A program made the position numbers and the translations under genes. The notes under the pieces are model-generated. The model saw nothing but the letters and a program-made list of their open reading frames with translations. It made no database searches and had not been told where the DNA came from. From the NCBI GenBank assembly GCA_029937655.1, contig JAPYPK010000001.1:1-42287 (forward strand): 42,287 bases of DNA. The letters are read 5' to 3'. Shown piece by piece: positions 21,129-29,372 of the stretch (the stretch's first letter is position 1; every line of letters begins with the position of its first letter). Source of the DNA: Nitrospinaceae bacterium (GTDB lineage Bacteria; Nitrospinota; Nitrospinia; Nitrospinales; VA-1).

Positions 21129-22634
21129 TTACTCTATGCTCTTCAAAATATTTTTTGATCTAAAAAGCTCCCAAAGCAAATAGACATAAAATGGGGTGTA
21201 TTCTAGCCAGGCAACCCAAACTGAGTATTGGGTGATGTCCTGATAGTCGAGATAAAAGTCGAGGTAGTATAATCCGATTAGCCCGGTTAGAAAGATTAAC
21301 GATCTCGAATGGAAAATACATAGAAAGGGGACAGTCCAACATAGATACCAGGGGTTTTGAACAGGGCTCAGAAGGAATACCAGAACCATGATCAGAAAAA
21401 GATTTCGTACCCATATCTCTGGAGAGTTTATTTTAGGAGCCTGTTTAAGAATTAGATAGGCGACCGCTGCTAAAATGACTAAGGTCATGATGCTTTTGGC
21501 AAATATCATGCTATTGCCAAAAATCGGAATTTCTGTAGCCACTCCTGAATTTAAAATATTTTTAAGAACATATAGCAAGATTGCAAATAAACTGTCGTTA
21601 CTTTGCCAATAAACGCTATACGTTTTTAACCCAGCAAAAACGCTCCCACCTATATCAATAAAAGGTAGGTAGAAAACTGCAATTACAGTGCAAAATAAAA
21701 TTAGATGAATGGTTACAGTTATCGTGCCTGACCGCCTATTTTTTTGCGCAAGAAACCAGACCCTTTGAAGGTAAAAGGGGAGAAGGACGGCGGAATAAAA
21801 TTTTCCAAGAACGCTCAAGGCTAGAAAAAAAATGGATCCCACCATACGTTTTCGTATAAGAAAATATATGGATACACAAAGACAGGATATTCCGATTATA
21901 TCCAAATGAGTTGAATTATAAGTTTCCTTGATCATTAGGGGCGACCAAAAATAAACTAGACTAAAATTTTGGTTCAGGTTTAAGGCTCTTAACGCAAGTA
22001 TGATGAAAACCGTACCCATTAGATCAAATGCTAAAAATATTATCCGTAGAGTGAGTAAACTATCTACATTTATTTGCTGCGAGAAGCGAAACACATATTG
22101 GGCCAAAGGTGGATAGATGGTGGAAACATCTGGGTGATTAATTCGCTCCATATATCGAAGGGCGATGTCATTTTCCCATTTTAAATCATTTAGAATAGCT
22201 AGCTCATTTTGGTCGTTTTTCCCATAATGTGAGTGAAAATATACCGGGTCTTGTATTTTTAAGGATTTATATTGGTTAATTTCTTCCGGAGCGAATTTGA
22301 AGGGATTAATTTCATGAGCAAACACCTTGCCATCCCAAAGATAACGGTATACGTCATCTTCTTGAATCTGTTGGGAAGGGAGCATTGCAAAACGAAATAA
22401 TAATCCGAAGGCGATCAGGGTCCAAAATGTTTTTTTAGACCGGTTGGATTTAAAAACAGAAAGACAAGCCAGTGTATAAAGAAAAAATAAAGAAAAATAG
22501 ATGGCAAGATATTCAAGAATAGGACGTTTGGAGTAACCTTCACCCCAGTTGAAATCTTTAGATAGGTCTGTTAACCCTAGGTAGAGGATCAAGCTCAATA
22601 GACCAAGAACTGCCAGATAAATATGTGATCGCAT
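21129..22634 (-). CDS. Polytopic membrane protein, GT-C-like glycosyltransferase (DUF2029/GT87-like)
   Basis: Has 12 or more hydrophobic segments. Acidic motif QEDDVYRYLWDG lies in the first extracytoplasmic loop, followed by STIYPPLAQ. The family call is from memory. Confidence 0.6.
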   Translation of the reverse strand: MRSHIYLAVLGLLSLILYLGLTDLSKDFNWGEGYSKRPILEYLAIYFSLFFLYTLACLSVFKSNRSKKTFWTLIAFGLLFRFAMLPSQQIQEDDVYRYLWDGKVFAHEINPFKFAPEEINQYKSLKIQDPVYFHSHYGKNDQNELAILNDLKWENDIALRYMERINHPDVSTIYPPLAQYVFRFSQQINVDSLLTLRIIFLAFDLMGTVFIILALRALNLNQNFSLVYFWSPLMIKETYNSTHLDIIGISCLCVSIYFLIRKRMVGSIFFLALSVLGKFYSAVLLPFYLQRVWFLAQKNRRSGTITVTIHLILFCTVIAVFYLPFIDIGGSVFAGLKTYSVYWQSNDSLFAILLYVLKNILNSGVATEIPIFGNSMIFAKSIMTLVILAAVAYLILKQAPKINSPEIWVRNLFLIMVLVFLLSPVQNPWYLCWTVPFLCIFHSRSLIFLTGLIGLYYLDFYLDYQDITQYSVWVAWLEYTPFYVYLLWELFRSKNILKSIE

Positions 22635-22844
22635 GATCTATAAAAACATGGAAGGATGTGGGGTCGTTTTAGTTAGGTGATCCCCCCCCAGCTAGTCCTT
22701 TCGCTTTATAAGGTAATTTCTATAATGTGGTCTCAATTAACCGGTACCAGGCTAGAGACGTGATACATCTCAAAAATATCTTTATATTGCCGGACAACAT
22801 AGCTAAAATAAATCCAATATTTAAAGAATGCGAGCCTGAGTCTA

Positions 22845-25067
22845 ATGAGTAAACAAATGTACACAAGTTGGGAAACTATACGCTCTGTGCTTGGAAAATC
22901 AATACTTAGGGTCGATTCTAACGACTCCCAATCCTTCGCTTGGTTCGATTTTCAGTGGAAGCTTATAGTCGGTAAAGACTTGGCACTTGTCACACGGGTC
23001 AACAAATTTTCGAGTAAAAGCTTGTTTATAACGGTGTCAGACAGAGTATGGTTCCCCGCTTTGGAACCCTTACGTAAAAAAATTATCAAAACGATTAATG
23101 AGCGCGCAGGATCGGCCTTAGTGAACAGAATTGTTTTCCAAGAAGGCCTTATCGTAGAATCTACAAAAAACAATCCTTTCGAAGAGGAAAGGCAGTATTC
23201 GTTGAAGCAAAATAAAATGCAAGCACCAGAAATAGAAATGAAGGGTGAAAGTGTGAAGAATATACTTGATCGTATCAACAGTAAGCTAAAAGTAATTTTA
23301 CCAGTTGCAATACTAGTGTTCACCTCCAATTGTACCACCCTTCCAATAAACCAAGTTTCCCGGGACATTGATTTGTCTAATTCATATGCAGTTAAGGTTG
23401 TTGAGAAGCTATCCGCAAAAAAAAGCAACGAGAATATTAGGGATCCACGAGCGTACTACTATTATCTAATGGCTTTGCAGGCGGTTCGAGAACATCAGTT
23501 TGAGAAAGCTTCAGAGAATTATCGCCTGGTGGTTCAATTTGCTCCAGATGATTATGAATTTTATAGTCAATTGGCGATTAACCTCATCCGTGCGGGGAAA
23601 ATAGAAGATGCCTATAAGACACTGCAGGAGTCTTTGAGTCATTTTCCTGATAATCCCGAATTGAATATGATAACTGGAGATATTCTCGCCGGGCGGCTCG
23701 AATATGAGCGAGCTCTAAGTCATTATCAACGCGTAATTCAGGCTAAATCGGGGTTAGCAAGAGCCTACCTTCTTAGCGGTGCAATTTACGAAATTCGTCA
23801 GCAATATGATCTTGCAGAGGATATGTACAAGAAGGTACTCCAGGTAGAATCAACGAATCCTTTGGGATACCACTACCTTGCAAGAGTTAATATTGTTGCA
23901 GGAAAATTAGAAGATGCCAAAAAATCCTTAAATCAAGCTTTGGAGTTACGTCCTAATCTTTTGAAGGCTCGAGAATTTCTGGCTTGGACCTTAGCAGCGC
24001 AGGGGAAGCCCGATGAGGCTAAAAAACAATACAAGATTCTTTTGAAGTTAGATCCTTTGAATGAAAGCCTTCATAAACGTATGACCGCTATGAAAGGTTT
24101 GACCTTACCAATGGATGTAGACTCGAGCAAATACCGAACAGATGCAAAGGAAATTTTGGGCGCTCCAGATGTGCATATAAAAATTGGAGCCGTTTATTAT
24201 GAACAGGGAATTTACTTGAAAGCGCTTGATGAGTTTCAGTTGCTTCAAGAGAAGGAACACAAAAAAGAAATTTTAATGGTACTTGGGCGTGTTTATGAAA
24301 TTCTTGGGCGTGTAGACAGAGCAATTCAAGAAATAAATAGTTTGCTAAAAATAGAGCCTAGGTCTGTGCATTTAATGGTTTACTTGGCTCGGTTACATAG
24401 TATGAATAAGCACCCTGAAAAAACAGTTCAATTGATTGAGGAAGCTATTAAAGTAGATCAGAATAATGATACCCTTTATAACTCCCTAGCTATTGCTTAT
24501 ACCGCGGTTAATCGATTAGATAAAGCCATTGACGCAATGCAAAAAGCAATTGCCATAGACAAAGATAAAGATTCTTATTATTTTGAACTGGGAGCTCTCC
24601 AAGAGCGGAAAGGTGAATTTGGGCTAGCTATAAAAAATATAAAGCACTCGATTGATCTTAATCCCATGCATTCCAATGCGCATAATTTTTTAGGGTATAT
24701 TTATGCTAGGGAAGGGAAGTTACTAGATAAAGCCTTAGGACATTTGGATAAGGCACTTTCTATTCAGCCCAAAAATGGTTACTTTCTTGATAGTCTGAGC
24801 TGGATTTATTTTAAGAAAGGCGAATCAGAAAAAGCCCTTAAAGAACTTAAAAAGGCTATGGTTTATACTTTCCCTGATCCAGTTTTATACAGCCACTTGG
24901 GAGATATCCACTTTTCATTGATGAACTATATAAAAGCTGGCAAGGCATGGGAAACAAGTCTTTTCCTCACTTTAGAAAAAACAGATAATATTGATAGCGA
25001 GTTACCTAACCCTAAGGAACTGGAAAATAAGATTCAAAAGGTGCAGAAACTTCTGAGTAATAATTAA
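22845..25067 (+). CDS. DUF721 (DciA-like) N-terminal domain fused to a signal-peptide/lipobox-like segment and a long TPR region
   Basis: Residues about 1-100 match the DUF721 pattern (FQWKLIVGKDLALVTRVNKFSSKSLFITVSDRVWFPALEPLRKKIIKTINERAGSALVNRIVF). Residues 132-163 read MKGESVKNILDRINSKLKVILPVAILVFTSNC. About 570 aa of TPR repeats follow. Confidence 0.7.
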   Translation: MSKQMYTSWETIRSVLGKSILRVDSNDSQSFAWFDFQWKLIVGKDLALVTRVNKFSSKSLFITVSDRVWFPALEPLRKKIIKTINERAGSALVNRIVFQEGLIVESTKNNPFEEERQYSLKQNKMQAPEIEMKGESVKNILDRINSKLKVILPVAILVFTSNCTTLPINQVSRDIDLSNSYAVKVVEKLSAKKSNENIRDPRAYYYYLMALQAVREHQFEKASENYRLVVQFAPDDYEFYSQLAINLIRAGKIEDAYKTLQESLSHFPDNPELNMITGDILAGRLEYERALSHYQRVIQAKSGLARAYLLSGAIYEIRQQYDLAEDMYKKVLQVESTNPLGYHYLARVNIVAGKLEDAKKSLNQALELRPNLLKAREFLAWTLAAQGKPDEAKKQYKILLKLDPLNESLHKRMTAMKGLTLPMDVDSSKYRTDAKEILGAPDVHIKIGAVYYEQGIYLKALDEFQLLQEKEHKKEILMVLGRVYEILGRVDRAIQEINSLLKIEPRSVHLMVYLARLHSMNKHPEKTVQLIEEAIKVDQNNDTLYNSLAIAYTAVNRLDKAIDAMQKAIAIDKDKDSYYFELGALQERKGEFGLAIKNIKHSIDLNPMHSNAHNFLGYIYAREGKLLDKALGHLDKALSIQPKNGYFLDSLSWIYFKKGESEKALKELKKAMVYTFPDPVLYSHLGDIHFSLMNYIKAGKAWETSLFLTLEKTDNIDSELPNPKELENKIQKVQKLLSNN

Positions 25068-25086
25068 CTATCAATTACCCAATTCT

Positions 25087-25866
25087 ATGCAAATTTCCCT
25101 GCACCGGTATGTAGTAGGGTGCCTGCTTTTCATTATTTCCTGCCAACCCAAGATTTTGCCTGTACCCACAGAAGCGAAGCCAGAAATTAAGTCCCTGTCC
25201 TCTTTATTTTCCGAACTCGAAGCTCGTAAATCTGCTATTCGAGATGTAAAAGCATTTGTACGTACAAAAATTTCTGGGGAAAACTTAAATCAATCGTTTC
25301 GTCAGACATTGCTTGTCAAGGGGGATGAAGCAATGCGAGTGGATACTTACAGCTTATTTCGCCAGGTATTAGGTGTACTGATTTATAAGGGTGAAAAAAC
25401 TTTAATGTATGATCCGCGTGAAAATCGAGTCATTTCTGGAGAAGCAGTTTGGGAAAGTATGCACCGGGTTTTGGGGACTTATATAGACTTCGGAGATTAC
25501 ATCAGCGTATTTTCAGGAGGGATCCCGCACCTTTCTCATTTACAGACGAAAATCGCAAAATGGAATAGCGACCAAACTGTTTTACAAATTGAAACGATCA
25601 ACCAAAAAACAGGAGAACGGGTAGATATTGGAATCGATGCTTATACGTTGTTGCCAAAATCATTATTCTTGACTCGAGGTACCCGGGAAATTTACAGAGT
25701 ATACTGGGACGATTACAAGAAGGTTGATGAGTTGGACTTCCCTCACAAGGTTGTAATCGAAATTAAGTCAAAAAAACAATCTATTGTAGTAAGTTACTCA
25801 GACGTTATGATCAATCAAGGTATTTCTCTCGATGCATTTGAGTTAGCATTGGGATTGAGGCATTGA
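25087..25866 (+). CDS. LolB-like outer-membrane lipoprotein (DUF4292/LolB fold)
   Basis: Lipoprotein signal LFIISC. Its position immediately upstream of ispE-prs matches the E. coli lolB-ispE-prs order. The family call rests mainly on synteny and size. Confidence 0.6.
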   Translation: MQISLHRYVVGCLLFIISCQPKILPVPTEAKPEIKSLSSLFSELEARKSAIRDVKAFVRTKISGENLNQSFRQTLLVKGDEAMRVDTYSLFRQVLGVLIYKGEKTLMYDPRENRVISGEAVWESMHRVLGTYIDFGDYISVFSGGIPHLSHLQTKIAKWNSDQTVLQIETINQKTGERVDIGIDAYTLLPKSLFLTRGTREIYRVYWDDYKKVDELDFPHKVVIEIKSKKQSIVVSYSDVMINQGISLDAFELALGLRH

Positions 25867-25881
25867 AGAGTAATTGGTGAC

Positions 25882-26787
25882 GTGGCAAAAAGTATGAAAA
25901 TAAAATTTAAAACCCCAGCCAAAATTAACTTAGGTCTCCATATTCACGGTAAAAGAGAAGATGGGTTTCATGAATTGGAAACAATTTTTCAAATGGTATC
26001 TTTATATGACGACGTGGAGTTAGAACTTTTGTCCTCGGGGATTAAACTGGAGTGTGATAGTCCAGGAGTACCCACGGATGATACTAACCTTGCTTATAAA
26101 GCAGCAAATCTATTACGACAATCTTATCAGGTTGAAGATAAAGGAGTCAGCATTCGGTTGAAAAAAAATATTCCTTTTGGTGCTGGGCTTGGGGGTGGTA
26201 GTGGTAATGCTGCTGGCGTACTTATGGGTCTGAATCATTTGTGGAATTTGAAGATTGAGCGAGAGAAGTTATCTGAATTGGCTGCAGAATTGGGTTCCGA
26301 CGTCCCATTTTTTCTTACTTCGCCTTGCGCGCTTGGAATGGGGCGTGGAGAGAAGTTAAAAGCCCTGAAACCTTGTGCTAAGTTTCAGGTTTTGTTGGTG
26401 TTTCCTGGGTTTCCTGTTGCGACTTCTTGGGTGTATCAAAACCTGAAATTGAAGTTGACAAAACGGGAAAATAATATTAGCATTCTGCGGAAAAACCTAT
26501 CCTTATCAGACATCACAAGCTTAGGGTCCCAGTTGTACAATGATTTAGAACCTCTTGTTATTCAAAGGTTTCCAGAAGTCCAAGTCGTTAAAGACGAATT
26601 AGGGGCTTGGGGTGCTTTGGGTGTTCTTTTGTCTGGCAGTGGGTCCACTGTGTTTGGAATTTTTGATGATCCGGATAAGGCTCGGGTTGCATGCGCAGGT
26701 TTGAATGGAACGTGGGAAAGAGTTCTTGTAGAAACGATTGAAAGTTTGACTGAATTTTGGCCGGAGGATATTCTGAGTTACCCCTAA
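25882..26787 (+). CDS. ispE: 4-diphosphocytidyl-2-C-methyl-D-erythritol kinase
   Basis: Contains PAKINLGLHI and the GHMP kinase motif PFGAGLGGGSGNAAGV. GTG start at 25882, or ATG at 25894. Confidence 0.9.
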   Translation: MAKSMKIKFKTPAKINLGLHIHGKREDGFHELETIFQMVSLYDDVELELLSSGIKLECDSPGVPTDDTNLAYKAANLLRQSYQVEDKGVSIRLKKNIPFGAGLGGGSGNAAGVLMGLNHLWNLKIEREKLSELAAELGSDVPFFLTSPCALGMGRGEKLKALKPCAKFQVLLVFPGFPVATSWVYQNLKLKLTKRENNISILRKNLSLSDITSLGSQLYNDLEPLVIQRFPEVQVVKDELGAWGALGVLLSGSGSTVFGIFDDPDKARVACAGLNGTWERVLVETIESLTEFWPEDILSYP

Positions 26788-27034
26788 TTAATGAAGTCTT
26801 GGAATGGGTGGTTCTTGAAATTTTTAACTAGTAACGACAATTTAAGTCGCGTAACCCTAGCTTACCTTCTACTTTTTGTTGCTCAAAGCCTGATAACTAG
26901 ATTAAAGAGAACCTGATTTTTAAATTTTAGGTCGATTCAAAAGTATATATTACCCATATTTTTAAGAGTTTTGCATAGCGTTTGTATTGGTTGTTGGTTA
27001 CGAGATTAAGTTAAATTAGATAGGGAATACAGAT

Positions 27035-27107
27035 TGGGGCGTCGTCAAGCGGTTAAGACACAGGTTTTTGATGCCTGCATACGGAGGTTCGAATCCTCCC
27101 GCCCCAG
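27035..27107 (+). tRNA. tRNA-Gln (anticodon UUG)
   Basis: Cloverleaf by hand: acceptor TGGGGCG/CGCCCCA, anticodon stem CAGGT/GCCTG with loop TTTTGAT, T-arm GGAGG-TTCGAAT-CCTCC, discriminator G. It aligns closely with E. coli tRNA-Gln. CCA is not encoded. Confidence 0.9.
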
Positions 27108-27155
27108 CTTTTATCAAATGAGAGAAATTTCTTAGTTTATTAGTCCGGAGATACT

Positions 27156-28112
27156 ATGGAGCAGAATTTAAATGGCAGAGTCCTTGTTTTTTCCGGAAGG
27201 GCCAATGTTGAACTTGCAGAGGATATTTGTAAGTACATGAAGATTGAGTTGGGCCGTACGGTGATCAAAGATTTTTCTGATGAAGAAATTTATGTGCGTA
27301 TTGAGGAAAATGTTCGAGGTGGGGATGTTTTTGTAATTCAGCCAACTTGTTATCCGGGAAATACAAACCTGATGGAACTATTAATCATGATCGATGCGCT
27401 CAGGCGTTCCTCCGCCAGGCGTATAACAGCCGTGATACCTTACTACGGTTACGCTCGCCAGGATCGTAAGAGTGAACCACGGGTTCCAATTACTTCCAAG
27501 CTAGTGGCAGACTTAATAGTGACTGCGGGAACAGACCGTGTATTGACAGTAGATCTTCATGCGGGGCAGATACAAGGTTTCTTTAATATCCCCGTGGACC
27601 ACCTTTTTTCAATGAAGGTATTGATTCCTTATCTGCAAAGTTTAGATTTAAAGGATATGGTAGTTATTTCTCCAGATGCAGGTGGAGTGGAACGTGCTAG
27701 GGCTTTTGCGAAGCGTCTGGGAGTCAACCTTGCCATCATTGATAAACGTAGAGAGGCAGCAAATGAGGCCAAGGCTATGAACATCATTGGAGACGTTGTT
27801 GACAAGGTGTGCTTTGTCGTTGATGATATGATAGATACCGCTGGAACTCTTGTGGAAGGCACAGCCGCTTTGTTGGAAGCGGGTGCCCGAGAAGTACATG
27901 CTTGTTGCACACATGCTGTCTTGTCTGGGCCAGCGCTGGAACGTATTTCTAAATCAGGAATTAAGTCTATCGTGGCAACCAACACGATTCCGGTTCGTGA
28001 TACCATGAAAAACCATCCAAAAATTAAAATTTTATCCGTGGCGCCTTTATTGGGCGAGGCTATTTTACGGATCAATCAGGAAACCTCGGTAAGTTCATTA
28101 TTTGATTTATAA
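27156..28112 (+). CDS. prs: Ribose-phosphate pyrophosphokinase
   Basis: Contains [11 protein letters not shown] and the PRPP-binding loop [11 protein letters not shown]. 318 aa. Confidence 0.95.
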   Translation: MEQNLNGRVLVFSGRANVELAEDICKYMKIELGRTVIKDFSDEEIYVRIEENVRGGDVFVIQPTCYPGNTNLMELLIMIDALRRSSARRITAVIPYYGYARQDRKSEPRVPITSKLVADLIVTAGTDRVLTVDLHAGQIQGFFNIPVDHLFSMKVLIPYLQSLDLKDMVVISPDAGGVERARAFAKRLGVNLAIIDKRREAANEAKAMNIIGDVVDKVCFVVDDMIDTAGTLVEGTAALLEAGAREVHACCTHAVLSGPALERISKSGIKSIVATNTIPVRDTMKNHPKIKILSVAPLLGEAILRINQETSVSSLFDL

Positions 28113-28125
28113 GGAGTAGATAAAA

Positions 28126-28791
28126 ATGTCTGAAGTGTTGAGCGGTAAAATAAGAGAAAAAACGGGTAAGGTAGCCACTAAAGAGGTGCGAAGAAACGGA
28201 GAGATACCGGCTGTTTTATATGGGTTGAAAGACAATCTTTCCTTTTCTGTTTGCGCTGACAATCTTAAAGATATTTTAACAGCCAAGGGACAGAACGCTT
28301 TGATTGATCTTAACTTGGAAGGAAATAAGAAGCGTAAAGTCATTATAAAAGAATTTCAAAGCCACCCACTGAAAGAACGTTGGGTTCATGTGGACTTTTT
28401 AGAAGTTGACGTTGTCAAGCCAGTTAAAGTCAACGTCGATGTACATTTGATTGGAAAATCTGCTGGAGAAAAAATGGGTGGTCTGGTTCATCAAGTGCTC
28501 AAATCCATTCATGTAGAATGTTTGCCCACTGATATTCCGCAGTCAGTTGACTTGGATGTGACGGCTGTTGAACTTGGGCAGGTGTTACATGTGTCGGACC
28601 TTAGTATTCCGGACAAGGTGAAAATTTTACATGAACCTAATGAAGCCATTGTCAGCGTACATCTTGAGAAAGTTAAAGAAGAAAAAACTGAGGACGAAGA
28701 ACTTGCAGAGGGTGAAACAGAAGCCACTGCTGACGCTGCTACCACGGAAGACTCGGATAAGAAGGACGATTCTACTAAGAAAGAGGGCTAG
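28126..28791 (+). CDS. rplY: 50S ribosomal protein L25 / general stress protein Ctc
   Basis: L25 N-domain (RRNGEIPAVLYG), a Ctc-type second domain and an acidic tail. AAGGAG Shine-Dalgarno upstream. Confidence 0.9.
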   Translation: MSEVLSGKIREKTGKVATKEVRRNGEIPAVLYGLKDNLSFSVCADNLKDILTAKGQNALIDLNLEGNKKRKVIIKEFQSHPLKERWVHVDFLEVDVVKPVKVNVDVHLIGKSAGEKMGGLVHQVLKSIHVECLPTDIPQSVDLDVTAVELGQVLHVSDLSIPDKVKILHEPNEAIVSVHLEKVKEEKTEDEELAEGETEATADAATTEDSDKKDDSTKKEG

Positions 28792-28793
28792 CC

Positions 28794-29372
28794 ATATCCA
28801 AGGCATATTTAATCATTGGACTAGGCAATCCTGGTCCGCGTTATGAGCTAACGCGCCATAATATTGGTTTTCTTGTAGCCGATAGCCTGGCTGATAAACA
28901 ACGGATCGCGCTTTCCAAAAGCAAACACAAGGCTCTCTATGGTGAAGGGGAAATAGGAGGTTGTCAGGTCATGATCGCCAAACCCATGACCTATATGAAT
29001 AATAGTGGTCAAGCGGCAAAGTTAATTCTTTCTGCTTCAGGGATTTCTCCCAACCAGGTCCTTATTATTCATGATGACATTGATTTACCGCTTGGAAAAA
29101 TCAAAGTAAAAACTAAGGGCGGTGATGCTGGTCAGTTGGGGGTGCGGTCGATTACCGAGAAAATGGGTACAGACCAGTATTGTCGTATTCGGATAGGAGT
29201 GGGTCGGCCCGATGATCCAGGGGATATTGTCGACTACGTATTGACCTCGTTCACCGAGTCGGAAACTCAGTTACTAAACGAGGTTATTGAAGAGGCGATA
29301 ATTAAAGTTGAAGAAACGTTGGTGGAAATGAATAAACGTAATAATAAAACGGAGGAGAACGGAGAATGTTAA
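28794..29372 (+). CDS. pth: Peptidyl-tRNA hydrolase (start codon uncertain, non-canonical)
   Basis: The conserved N-terminus [21 protein letters not shown] lies upstream of the first ATG (28971). The frame opens at 28779 and has no ATG/GTG/TTG before the motif. ATA at 28794 sits 6 nt after a GAGGG Shine-Dalgarno-like element. Confidence 0.75.
   Translation: MSKAYLIIGLGNPGPRYELTRHNIGFLVADSLADKQRIALSKSKHKALYGEGEIGGCQVMIAKPMTYMNNSGQAAKLILSASGISPNQVLIIHDDIDLPLGKIKVKTKGGDAGQLGVRSITEKMGTDQYCRIRIGVGRPDDPGDIVDYVLTSFTESETQLLNEVIEEAIIKVEETLVEMNKRNNKTEENGEC

Noticed and set aside
26791-26916. 41-codon ORF (MKSWNGWFLKFLTSNDNLSRVTLAYLLLFVAQSLITRLKRT) starting 3 nt after the ispE stop, in the 247-nt spacer before tRNA-Gln.
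   Set aside because: It has no Shine-Dalgarno and no recognisable motif, and AT-rich spacers readily yield ORFs of this size. It cannot be supported without conservation or Ribo-seq evidence.
27035-27107. tRNA-Gln as a possible integration hotspot or genomic-island boundary.
   Set aside because: I saw no integrase, no phage or mobile genes, and no direct repeat of the tRNA 3' end nearby. The flanking ispE and prs genes are the conserved housekeeping neighbours.
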